Assembly (NCBI GenBank): GCA_902591925.1
Contig: CACJCN010000005.1
Coordinates: 19,212-83,211 of the forward strand
Origin: an uncultured SAR86 cluster bacterium
GTDB taxonomy: Bacteria > Pseudomonadota > Gammaproteobacteria > Magnimaribacterales > D2472
Length of the DNA: 64,000 bases
Reading direction: 5' to 3'
Part shown: in pieces, positions 47,733 to 56,060 of the stretch
Layout: the number at the start of each line of letters is the position of its first letter
Numbering within the stretch: the stretch's first letter is position 1
The notes under the pieces: generated by a model
What the model saw: the letters and a program-made list of their open reading frames with translations, nothing else
What the model was told of the DNA's origin: nothing
The model's database searches: none
Translations under genes and position numbers: made by a program

Positions 47733-47957
47733 ATGAATAAAACAGAAAAAGTTGCTCTAAGAGAAGCAGTTATTGTGGTGATGATGGGCGCTGTAATTAA
47801 TTTTCCATTACAAACATATCTTTTATGGCTAACAATTGATAATTGGCAATGGGCAGATCCCATAAAAATATCAATTTTCGTTCAGTTAATTATTACCGTT
47901 GTAGCTTTATTAAGGGTTTATACAATTAGAATGAGGTTTCAAAGAGGAAAATTTTAA
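47733..47957 (+). CDS. Small (74 aa) two-TM hypothetical protein
   Basis: Hydrophobic ORF in a tight fit; no family recognised. Confidence 0.45.
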   Translation: MNKTEKVALREAVIVVMMGAVINFPLQTYLLWLTIDNWQWADPIKISIFVQLIITVVALLRVYTIRMRFQRGKF

Positions 47958-48325
47958 TTATCTTCTTTTTCTTTTTTACCTTTCTTTTTTTCAGACATCA
48001 TTCTCATTTTCATTCTATGATTAATCATGTCCTTGCACCAAACATCATAAATAGTTGAATAGTTAGCTGCCATATCCGCTAATACACTAACCTCAAGCCA
48101 TTTTTCTTCGTTTTCAGGATTGAGTTCAATTTCTTTCCAAATCGAGTCGCTTAAAGATAGTAATCCAACTACTCCATCTTTGATTTCTTTGCACTCTTTA
48201 AAATCCATGAGATAATTTGGATTGTTCATAAACCTATCCTTCATGGTTTTTTCCTTGTCCATATGATCGTCTGCGACAAGCGTAAAGCAAAGAAAAAAAC
48301 TTAATATCATTGTAAAATTTTTCAT
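47954..48325 (-). CDS. Secreted hypothetical protein with a Lys-rich tail
   Basis: Internal ATG 48325 gives a signal-peptide N-terminus (MKNFTMILSFFLCFTLVADD). The longer track ORF (to 48448) runs through the promoter-region palindrome. Confidence 0.45.
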   Translation of the reverse strand: MKNFTMILSFFLCFTLVADDHMDKEKTMKDRFMNNPNYLMDFKECKEIKDGVVGLLSLSDSIWKEIELNPENEEKWLEVSVLADMAANYSTIYDVWCKDMINHRMKMRMMSEKKKGKKEKEDN

Positions 48326-48408
48326 AATAATCACCTTTAATTTGTAGGTACATATTAGATTACATTTTTTTTCTAAAAGTTCCAAAAAAATCTTTACTTT
48401 TAATTTTA

Positions 48409-48476
48409 AGTATTCATAATACGCGCCAGTATTCATACTAATAAGCATATTCTGAGTGTTTATTAGTATGAATATG
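48409..48476. promoter_or_regulatory. Repeat array (2 direct + 1 inverted copy of TATTCATA; 14-bp perfect inverted repeat) in a divergent promoter region
   Basis: AGTATTCATA at 48409-48418 and 48428-48437. Inverted repeat ATTCATACTAATAA (48431-48444) / TTATTAGTATGAAT (48460-48473) with a 15-nt spacer. Confidence 0.4.
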
Positions 48477-48728
48477 CTAGATTTAATTCAATTATTAAGT
48501 GTTTTTTTCGGTACTTTGATAGCCGCACCACTTGTTGTTTCAAAAAAAGCTAAAAAAAGAATGGTGGGGCTTTCTGCTGTCATTGCTGGAAGCTTTTTCG
48601 CGATAATTGTTCAACTATATCTAGGTTTATACTATTTTGTATTTGCAAATGCATTTTGGCTTCTCAATGCATGTAACGGCATAAAGAAAATAATTAAAAC
48701 TAAAAATAAGAGGACTAAAAATTTTTGA
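48456..48728 (+). CDS. Small (about 86-90 aa) three-TM hypothetical protein
   Basis: Hydrophobic ORF. Start uncertain (GTG 48456, ATG 48468 or 48474). No family recognised. Confidence 0.45.
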   Translation: MFISMNMLDLIQLLSVFFGTLIAAPLVVSKKAKKRMVGLSAVIAGSFFAIIVQLYLGLYYFVFANAFWLLNACNGIKKIIKTKNKRTKNF

Positions 48729-49386
48729 AATATTTATAATCTATATAATGAATGCCTTCTTCAACTGAATCCATTTTGGAAATGATTGCTTTAGCCACTT
48801 TTTTCGCCTCTACATTTCTAAATTTTTGTAATGGCCCAATCATTAGGAGGCCAAATAAGTTTGTGATTTTTTCAAATATTTTTACATTTAATGGAATTAC
48901 CTCATTAGGACGTTTGCCTAACAAATGACTTGGATGAGCAATTATGATTTTTTCATATCCCATTAACTTAACTTCATTCTCAATATCACCCTTAACTTTT
49001 AAATATGTATTAAAAGATTTAGTATTTGCTCCAATTGCAGATATCAAACCAACTGAATTAGCTCCACAGTTTTTAGCAAATTCAGCAACTTTTTTAATGT
49101 AGTTATAATCTACATTAACAAAACTTTTTCTATTATTTTTTTTAATATAAACAAGCTCAGAAAGGCTTAACTTTTGCCCAATTGCGATATAAATTTCATC
49201 GACCTTAAGACTTGCATCTAATAAATCAATATTCTCAAAATCAATAACTATCTGATTAATACTATTTTCACATAAAAGCTTTTTTCTACTTAGTAAAATT
49301 AAGTCATTATTGGTTGTTTTTAAGTTTTTAAGTATTTCGCCGCCGACTAACCCAGAAGCTCCAACAATTAAAATATTTTTACTCAT
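48715..49386 (-). CDS. NAD(P)H-binding atypical SDR family protein
   Basis: ILIVGASGLVGGEIL Rossmann motif. 223 aa. Confidence 0.7.
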   Translation of the reverse strand: MSKNILIVGASGLVGGEILKNLKTTNNDLILLSRKKLLCENSINQIVIDFENIDLLDASLKVDEIYIAIGQKLSLSELVYIKKNNRKSFVNVDYNYIKKVAEFAKNCGANSVGLISAIGANTKSFNTYLKVKGDIENEVKLMGYEKIIIAHPSHLLGKRPNEVIPLNVKIFEKITNLFGLLMIGPLQKFRNVEAKKVAKAIISKMDSVEEGIHYIDYKYFKNF

Positions 49387-49873
49387 GCAATTGTTTTATG
49401 GTTTCACCAACAAGCTGATCAATAGTTTTTGATCCATCCAAAATTGTCTCACAGTATTTTTGATACATAGGCTCTCTTTCAGAGTAAATCTCAGGAATTG
49501 ACATTCCCTCTGGAACTGCAAGACCTCTTTTTTGATCAATATCAATTCTTTCCATAATTATCTCAAGAGGTGTATTTATATATATGACTTTAGAAAATTT
49601 TTTAAGATGTTCCATCGATTTTGCAGAATAGACTGCACTTCCGCCAGTAGATATGATTCTATTCAATGAGTTTAGACTAAGTATTACTTTTTCCTCTTCA
49701 TCTCTTACAAATTTGTAATCATATTTATTTTTGATTTCTTCAAGTGTGGCCGCATGTTTTTGCTCAATAAGCAAATCGGTATCAACAAAGTTGGCACCTA
49801 TTTTATTAGCAACTGCTTTTCCGATTGTAGATTTGCCACAAGCCGCCATACCAATGAAACTAATGTTAATCAT
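49379..49873 (-). CDS. aroK: Shikimate kinase
   Basis: ISFIGMAACGKSTIGK P-loop, FVDTD and STGGS motifs. Internal ATG 49873 is preferred; it overlaps the pip stop by 8 nt. Confidence 0.8.
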   Translation of the reverse strand: MINISFIGMAACGKSTIGKAVANKIGANFVDTDLLIEQKHAATLEEIKNKYDYKFVRDEEEKVILSLNSLNRIISTGGSAVYSAKSMEHLKKFSKVIYINTPLEIIMERIDIDQKRGLAVPEGMSIPEIYSEREPMYQKYCETILDGSKTIDQLVGETIKQLHE

Positions 49874-50840
49874 TTTTTGCAAATTCCTGAGTTGCTCTAA
49901 CAAGTTCATGAGTAATTTCTTTTTCAAATGCACTATGTCCTGAAGAGGGCGCAACTATTAATTCTGCTTCAGGCCAATTTTTTTTAAGTTCCCATGCTGT
50001 TTCCATCGGACAAACAATATCATATCTACCTTGGATTATTTTTGCAGGAATATGACGAATTTTATCAATCGACTCTGATGCAATTAATTGATCCTCACTA
50101 TCAAGAAAACCCTTGTTAACAAAATAATGATTTTCAATAAGGGCAAAGGCTAAAGCAAATTTAGACTCAGAATATGATGAAATCATGTCAGGTTTATGAT
50201 TAAGTGTACTTACAGATCCTTCCCATTTTGACCAGGCAATTGCTGCTTTCATTTTTTTCTTTTCATTATTACCAATAAATATTTTATGATAAGCATCCAT
50301 TAAATTATGATGATCTCCTTCATCTATTGGCTCCAAAAATCCTTCCCACGCCTCAGGAAATATTCTACTTGCTCCATCTTGGTAGAACCAGTCAAGTTCC
50401 TTTTTTCGCAACATAAAAACACCTCTTAACACCAATTCAGATACTGAGTCAGGATATGTTTGTGCATAAGCTAATGAAAGTGTACTGCCCCAAGATCCTC
50501 CAAAAACAAGCCATTTTTTGATATTAAGTTTATTTTTTAGAAGCTCAATATCTTCAACTAAATCCCAGGTCGTATTATTGATCAGACATCCATGAGGCTC
50601 ACTTCTTCCACAGCCACGCTGATCAAAAATGATAATCCTATACAATTTTGGATTAAAAAAACCTCTTACTTTAGTACTTCCTCCTCCGCCTGGACCACCA
50701 TGCAGAAATACAGCTGGTTTTCCATGTGGATTGCCGCATTCTTCATAATAGATTTTATGTCCATCATTTTCTAAGAAGTTTTTTGAGTAGGGCTTGATAT
50801 TCTTAAATAACTTATAAGATTTTTTGAATCTACTTAACAT
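49866..50840 (-). CDS. pip: Prolyl aminopeptidase (proline iminopeptidase)
   Basis: FLHGGPGGG, FDQRGCGRS and GGSWGSTL motifs. Start set at ATG 50840 because the longer track ORF runs across the tRNA-Phe gene. Confidence 0.85.
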   Translation of the reverse strand: MLSRFKKSYKLFKNIKPYSKNFLENDGHKIYYEECGNPHGKPAVFLHGGPGGGGSTKVRGFFNPKLYRIIIFDQRGCGRSEPHGCLINNTTWDLVEDIELLKNKLNIKKWLVFGGSWGSTLSLAYAQTYPDSVSELVLRGVFMLRKKELDWFYQDGASRIFPEAWEGFLEPIDEGDHHNLMDAYHKIFIGNNEKKKMKAAIAWSKWEGSVSTLNHKPDMISSYSESKFALAFALIENHYFVNKGFLDSEDQLIASESIDKIRHIPAKIIQGRYDIVCPMETAWELKKNWPEAELIVAPSSGHSAFEKEITHELVRATQEFAKND

Positions 50841-50883
50841 AAAAACATAATAACTTAATAAATTGAGAATTTTTAGACTTAAA

Positions 50884-50959
50884 TGGTGCCCAGAGGTGGG
50901 ATCGAACCACCGACACAAGGATTTTCAGTCCTTTGCTCTACCAACTGAGCTATCTGGGC
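50884..50959 (-). tRNA. tRNA-Phe (GAA)
   Basis: The reverse complement reads GCCCAGATAGCTCAGTTGGTAGAGCAAAGGACTGAAAATCCTTGTGTCGGTGGTTCGATCCCACCTCTGGGCACCA. It has a cloverleaf, anticodon loop CTGAAAA, and an encoded CCA. Very close to E. coli tRNA-Phe. Confidence 0.95.
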
Positions 50960-50975
50960 TTAAATTGAACTTTGG

Positions 50976-51004
50976 ATTATAGGCAAGTTTACAACCGTTG
51001 TCAT
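50976..51004 (-). promoter_or_regulatory. Candidate sigma70 promoter for tRNA-Phe (ATGACA-N17-TATAAT)
   Basis: On the minus strand, -35 ATGACA (51004-50999), a 17-nt spacer, and -10 TATAAT (50981-50976). It ends 16 nt upstream of the tRNA 5' end and starts 14 nt after the upstream stop codon. Confidence 0.45.
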
Positions 51005-51017
51005 TATGTCTAATTAG

Positions 51018-53621
51018 TTAAGCACGAACTCTTTCATTGCCAGGATCATAAAGAGATCCTTTACCAACTATTTGAACGGTAATAGGATATAAACCATCAC
51101 CATCTTCATTAAAGTACTCGATTAAGAGTGACTTGCCTTGAATGGCAATTTCTTTTGGTAAATAACCCATAACCACAAATTTCTTAAGAGACGGACAATA
51201 AGACATGCCAGTTGTATATGATCTTCTACCTTTGCTATCTATTGGTACCTCACCTGTTGCAGGATCAATAATTGGTGAAATGCCAACAGGATATCTTGTC
51301 TTTCCAGACACATCAAGATCATCTAGTGTCATGGTACATAATATTGCACATGGATCTTCTTCTCTATGAGCCAGATGTGCTGCTTTGCCATGAAAATCAG
51401 CTTCTTTTACCAAGGGTCTCTGAATTGCTGCCTCAATAGCTGTATATTCTGTCTCAAGGTCTGCGCCTTGAAGTCTAAAGCTTTTTTCAAGACGTCTACT
51501 ATTTGCATATGTCTCAATACCAACAGGCACAACCCCAACTTCTAATAAGGAGTCATACAAAGCTAAACCATCATCTTTATTATTATTAAAATAAATTTCC
51601 CATCCGCTTTCACCAACATAGGAGATTCTGGCTGCCCATACATCAACTTTTTTCCCACCAGAAAGATTTAAAGTTAGGTTTTTTGCTGATACAAATGGAA
51701 AGTTCTTAATATCAATTTCGTTAGGATCTATAAAATTACCCAGGGCTTCAACTGCTTTAGGCCCCCATAATCCTATTGTTGCTATGTCATGAGTTCTAAT
51801 ATTTATATCTGCATTTAATCCATTATCATCTCTGTAATTACGTAAAGTAACCCAGTCACGATTCCCATCAGCACCACCAGTTACAACTCTATAACTGTCA
51901 TTGCCAAGGCGAGAGATTGTAAGGTCTGCATGGACTCCACCATCTTCGTCTAAAAAGTTAGTATATATAACTTTGCCTTCAGGAGTGTTACCACCAACCT
52001 TTGCAACGGATAGGTACTCTAACATTCTCTCAGCATCTGGACCTTTAATATCCATGATAGGAAAGTGAGATAAATTAATCATGCCAACTGAATCACTCAT
52101 GGCAAGATGTTCAGCATTTGCAACATCATATGGTACGTGACGTGTATCCCACTCATTTTCTCTTAATGGAACTTCTTTAATATATTTATCAAGCTTTTCT
52201 CTATTGCTTATGTATGCAAGAGCTCTTTCCCAACCTGCAACTTCATTTTCAAAATGTCCTCCAAGTTCTTTTTCTCTTTCATAAAAAGGACTGACAAACA
52301 TTTCTCTTTGAGTAATATATGGTTCTCTAGGATGCACAGCAGGAGTATAAATAGTTTGAGAATTTTCAAATGCTCTTGTTTTTACATATTCCTTTTCTTT
52401 TTGATGCGGATAGAATCTTGATATATCGAAAGAATGCATATCCACTTGAGTTTTACCATTGACTATTGCTTCAGCGCACAGTCTGGCGCAACCTGGCCCA
52501 TCTTTCACCCAAACAGCTTCACATAACCAAAAACCTCTAACCTCTGGACTTTCACCAATTAAAGATCCAGCATCTGCTGTGACAGATAGAAGTCCATTGA
52601 ATGAACTTTTTTCATCCCAGCCCAACTCACTTAGAATTGGAGTTGTTTCAAAAGCTTTTTCAAGAGGCTCAGCAATCTCTTCAAGTTCTAGGTATCTCAT
52701 TGAGTCAGATAGCATAGTCTTATCAGGATTTCCTATATCTTGAGGATCAACTAATCTTGGATTTTTATCTTCATAATATCCCCATTCGAGCATGCCACCA
52801 TGAAATTTTCCTGTATCTCTTACATAGGCTGAATTACCTTGATCTCTTAGCAGAGGATACACCAGCATTTCTTCTGTATCTTGAATCTCTTCATATGGCC
52901 CAAAAAATAATAGTGGATGCTCAACAGGCATTAAAGGTACACCAACTCCTGCCTTTTCACCCATTAAAGGTCCCCAAATTCCTGACGCAATAACAACTTT
53001 ATTAGTTTTAATTGTTCCTCTTTCAGTGATAACTCCAACAATTTTGCCATCTTCTATTTCAAAGTCAGTAGCGGGGGTATTAGTGAAAGTTTTTAGTGCT
53101 CCTTTTTCCTTAGCACTCTCAACAGCAAAGTTTACAACTTCCTGTGATCGTGGAACAACCAATCCTGCATCTGGATCCCACATAGCACCTATCATTGATT
53201 TTTCTTCAAGTAATGGAAACTTTTCAACAGCTTCAGCTGCAGATATTAATCTTACATTAGTTCCAAAAGCCTTACCTGATGCAACTTTTCTTTTTAACTC
53301 CTCCCAACGTTCATCATCACCAATACGACAAATTTCTAATCCACCTTTTTTTAAAAAGAAACCATTATCTTCATAGAATTTTCTACTAAATGCTGTTGAC
53401 CAACAGCCTAACTTATCGTGCGTAGTGTTATAAACAAAATCTGATGCATGTGCAGTTGATGCAATATCAGATGGAATGATAGTTGATTTTTCAAGTCCAA
53501 CAATATTTTTTTGCCCTAAATCTGCCAACCAGTATGCAAGCATGGATCCAACTATTCCTCCAACTCCAACAATAACTATATCGGCTTCAGATGGAAATTT
53601 TGATTTTGAATTTTCAGTCAT
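51018..53621 (-). CDS. FAD-dependent oxidoreductase fused to a GcvT-like folate-binding domain (dimethylglycine/sarcosine dehydrogenase family)
   Basis: 867 aa. N-terminal DIVIVGVGGIVGS dinucleotide fold. C-terminal aminomethyltransferase-like half (MINLSHF..MDI.G.DA...L). Confidence 0.8.
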   Translation of the reverse strand: MTENSKSKFPSEADIVIVGVGGIVGSMLAYWLADLGQKNIVGLEKSTIIPSDIASTAHASDFVYNTTHDKLGCWSTAFSRKFYEDNGFFLKKGGLEICRIGDDERWEELKRKVASGKAFGTNVRLISAAEAVEKFPLLEEKSMIGAMWDPDAGLVVPRSQEVVNFAVESAKEKGALKTFTNTPATDFEIEDGKIVGVITERGTIKTNKVVIASGIWGPLMGEKAGVGVPLMPVEHPLLFFGPYEEIQDTEEMLVYPLLRDQGNSAYVRDTGKFHGGMLEWGYYEDKNPRLVDPQDIGNPDKTMLSDSMRYLELEEIAEPLEKAFETTPILSELGWDEKSSFNGLLSVTADAGSLIGESPEVRGFWLCEAVWVKDGPGCARLCAEAIVNGKTQVDMHSFDISRFYPHQKEKEYVKTRAFENSQTIYTPAVHPREPYITQREMFVSPFYEREKELGGHFENEVAGWERALAYISNREKLDKYIKEVPLRENEWDTRHVPYDVANAEHLAMSDSVGMINLSHFPIMDIKGPDAERMLEYLSVAKVGGNTPEGKVIYTNFLDEDGGVHADLTISRLGNDSYRVVTGGADGNRDWVTLRNYRDDNGLNADINIRTHDIATIGLWGPKAVEALGNFIDPNEIDIKNFPFVSAKNLTLNLSGGKKVDVWAARISYVGESGWEIYFNNNKDDGLALYDSLLEVGVVPVGIETYANSRRLEKSFRLQGADLETEYTAIEAAIQRPLVKEADFHGKAAHLAHREEDPCAILCTMTLDDLDVSGKTRYPVGISPIIDPATGEVPIDSKGRRSYTTGMSYCPSLKKFVVMGYLPKEIAIQGKSLLIEYFNEDGDGLYPITVQIVGKGSLYDPGNERVRA

Positions 53622-53713
53622 TAAATATAGTCTCAGACTCTGCTAAGAAAATTAAACTCTATTTTATTTATTTTGTAAATCAAAAAATTTTGTGATTTTT
53701 TTAATAAAAAATA

Positions 53714-53983
53714 TCACTCAATTGCTTTAAATCCTGAGGCAGTTTCATAATCTTTATTATTAAAAAATTTATCCATCTGCTCTTGTAACCATCTCCTATT
53801 TTCAGGATCTGACATATCTAATTTTCTTTCATTTATAAGGGTTGTCTGATGAGACTTCCACATTTCCCATGCTTCCTCTGAAATAGAGTTCATAATTTCA
53901 ATTCCTTTTGGTCCAGGCATTGGAGGAACGCTCAGACTCGGCAGCTCTTTATTAAGTTTTTTGCAGAATATTTTCTTAGACAT
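53714..53983 (-). CDS. yggX: Fe(2+)-trafficking / oxidative damage protection protein YggX
   Basis: 89 aa. IFC.KL.KE...L...P.PG..G..I...IS.EAW..W..HQT.LINE..L motif. Follows mutY. Confidence 0.9.
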   Translation of the reverse strand: MSKKIFCKKLNKELPSLSVPPMPGPKGIEIMNSISEEAWEMWKSHQTTLINERKLDMSDPENRRWLQEQMDKFFNNKDYETASGFKAIE

Positions 53984-54995
53984 AGTTTTCTATTATAGAC
54001 TTGATAGGTTTCGGTAGACCAAATTTATTAAGTTCATCTTTCTTTACCCATTTATGTTCAAGATTTGTTTTAATTTTAAAAGGCTTTTTGTATTCAAATA
54101 TTTCAAGAGTGATATTAAGGTCGATATGGGAAAGAGCATGATTAAAGTTTTTAGTTTCACTTCTTAAAGGTCTTTTAAAAAAATCTGATCTTTCTCTATT
54201 TTGTCTCTCATATGGAATCCATAAACTTTCCCAAAAACTTTTTTTATTTTTTTTAAATAAAAGAAATGATTGGTTTGAATGAGCAAGCATAAAGTTAATT
54301 TTTTTGTTTAATTTTTGTTTTTTATCATTTTTAATTACTTCAAATTCTTTAAAGGAACTTTTGCAAGAAGTATTTAAAGGACAATTAGAACAACTCGGAA
54401 CTCTTAAGTGACATATTGTTGCACCTAAATCCATTATTCCTTGAGTATATTCAAAGATATTTTTACTTGGTGTATAAGTTTTTGAAAGTAACCAAAGTGA
54501 TTTTATAGCTCCTTTGTCTTTAACATCAATATCGTTGAATCTAGAAATCACTCTTTTAACATTTGCGTCAAGTATTGGATATGATTCTCCATATGCAATT
54601 GACATTATTGCGCCAGCTGTCGATCTTCCAATACCTGGTAAAAGTAATAACTCATCGAATTTTTTAGGAAAGCAATTGTTATATTTATTTTTAATTATTT
54701 CTTTAGCTTTAAAGATATTTTTCGCTCTTCTGTAAAAACCAAGACCACTCCAAAGAGCCAAAATATCATCTTCTGTTGCATCACATATTGATTTTAAGTT
54801 TGGATATTTTCCTATAAATTTTTTAAAAAAAGGGATCACAGTTTTAACCTGAGTTTGCTGAAGCATAATTTCTGATATCCAAACTCTATAAGGGCTAATC
54901 TTTTCTCTCCATGGTAGATTATTCCTTCCTGATGTTAAATACCACTGCGATATAGCACTAGAAAAGCTTTTATTATCTTTGTTTAAATTATTCAA
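53976..54995 (-). CDS. mutY: A/G-specific adenine DNA glycosylase
   Basis: LPWR, PY.VW.SE.MLQQTQV, HhH-GPD (LPGIGRSTAGAI..), and the 4Fe-4S loop C-X6-C-X2-C-X5-C (CHLRVPSCSNCPLNTSC). Confidence 0.9.
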   Translation of the reverse strand: MNNLNKDNKSFSSAISQWYLTSGRNNLPWREKISPYRVWISEIMLQQTQVKTVIPFFKKFIGKYPNLKSICDATEDDILALWSGLGFYRRAKNIFKAKEIIKNKYNNCFPKKFDELLLLPGIGRSTAGAIMSIAYGESYPILDANVKRVISRFNDIDVKDKGAIKSLWLLSKTYTPSKNIFEYTQGIMDLGATICHLRVPSCSNCPLNTSCKSSFKEFEVIKNDKKQKLNKKINFMLAHSNQSFLLFKKNKKSFWESLWIPYERQNRERSDFFKRPLRSETKNFNHALSHIDLNITLEIFEYKKPFKIKTNLEHKWVKKDELNKFGLPKPIKSIIENYV

Positions 54996-55611
54996 TTAGA
55001 TTTTTTTTGTTTAATACCTCTCCGTTTTCATTAAAAAGGTAATGAATAGGAGCTCCAGTTGGAATTTCTAATTTGACAATTTCTTCTGCGGATAATTTAT
55101 CTAAATACTTTATCAATGATCGCAATGAATTGCCATGGGCAGAAATTATTACGTTTTCACCTCTTAATATTAATGGGTGTATATTTTCTAGAAAGTAGGG
55201 CATTACTCTTTCTCCAGTTTCCTTTAGTGATTCTCCGCCCGGAGGACCTATATCAAATGATCTTCTCCATATTTGAACCTGCTCATCGCCCCATTTTTTT
55301 CTACATTCATCTTTATTTAATCCCTGAAGATCGCCATAAAATCTTTCATTGAGTGCTTTATTTATTATGATATCAACATTGTCTTGATCAATACTTTCAA
55401 GAATTATATTTCCAGTTATTTGAGCCCTGATCAGGGCAGAAGTAAATAAGTAATTAAATTCTAATTCTAGTTTATCTATCAAAAGACCAGCATTTATTGC
55501 TTCATCAGAGCCTTTTTTTGTAAGACCTGGATCCTCCCAACCTGTAAATAGATTTTTTTCATTCCATTCACTTTGTCCATGTCTTACAAGAATTAAATTT
55601 CTTTTTTTCAT
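54988..55611 (-). CDS. gpmA: 2,3-bisphosphoglycerate-dependent phosphoglycerate mutase (short form)
   Basis: LILVRHGQSEWN..NLFTGW, ERFYG, GESL and SAHGNSLR motifs. Confidence 0.85.
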   Translation of the reverse strand: MKKRNLILVRHGQSEWNEKNLFTGWEDPGLTKKGSDEAINAGLLIDKLELEFNYLFTSALIRAQITGNIILESIDQDNVDIIINKALNERFYGDLQGLNKDECRKKWGDEQVQIWRRSFDIGPPGGESLKETGERVMPYFLENIHPLILRGENVIISAHGNSLRSLIKYLDKLSAEEIVKLEIPTGAPIHYLFNENGEVLNKKNLIE

Positions 55612-55655
55612 TTATATTTTAATTAATCTAACTCATTTTAATAGATAATATAGTT

Positions 55656-56060
55656 ATGGAACTAATTAATTTTTTAATAGAACATTATTTTTTATCTATA
55701 CCTTTATTAATTGTTATTATTTTATTTTTTATATCAAATGCTAAAAAAGGTGGCCAAAAGATATCTTGCCAGACATTAATAAATCTTTCTAATAATGATT
55801 CAGCTTTAGTTGTTGATTTAAGAGATTCTGAATCATACAATGCAGGCCACATTACAGCATCAATTAATATTCCTGTGAAAGATTTACTACGAAGATCTAA
55901 TGAATTGAGTTCAACAGAAAAATCGATTGTTCTAGTATGTGAAATGGGAAGCTCTTCACCTAATGCCGGAGAAACTCTTATTAAAGAAGGCATGAAAGAT
56001 ATTAAGATTTTAAAAGGTGGAATAAATGAGTGGAGATTGAACAATTTACCTTTAATTTAA
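55656..56060 (+). CDS. Membrane-anchored rhodanese-domain sulfurtransferase
   Basis: N-terminal TM. VDLR....Y..GHI..SINIP and the active-site loop VCEMGSSS. W.....LPL C-terminus. Confidence 0.8.
   Translation: MELINFLIEHYFLSIPLLIVIILFFISNAKKGGQKISCQTLINLSNNDSALVVDLRDSESYNAGHITASINIPVKDLLRRSNELSSTEKSIVLVCEMGSSSPNAGETLIKEGMKDIKILKGGINEWRLNNLPLI

Noticed and set aside
50841-50918. N-terminal 26-residue extension of the pip ORF
   Set aside because: The extension runs through the 3' part of the tRNA-Phe gene. The internal ATG at 50840 gives a normal Pip N-terminus.
47398-50959. Genomic island integrated at tRNA-Phe
   Set aside because: There is no integrase, no visible direct repeat of the tRNA 3' end, and no phage or mobility genes. 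Flanking genes (pip, aroK, hspQ, ybjQ) are ordinary chromosomal genes. Only the small unknown genes at 47733-48728 are ambiguous.
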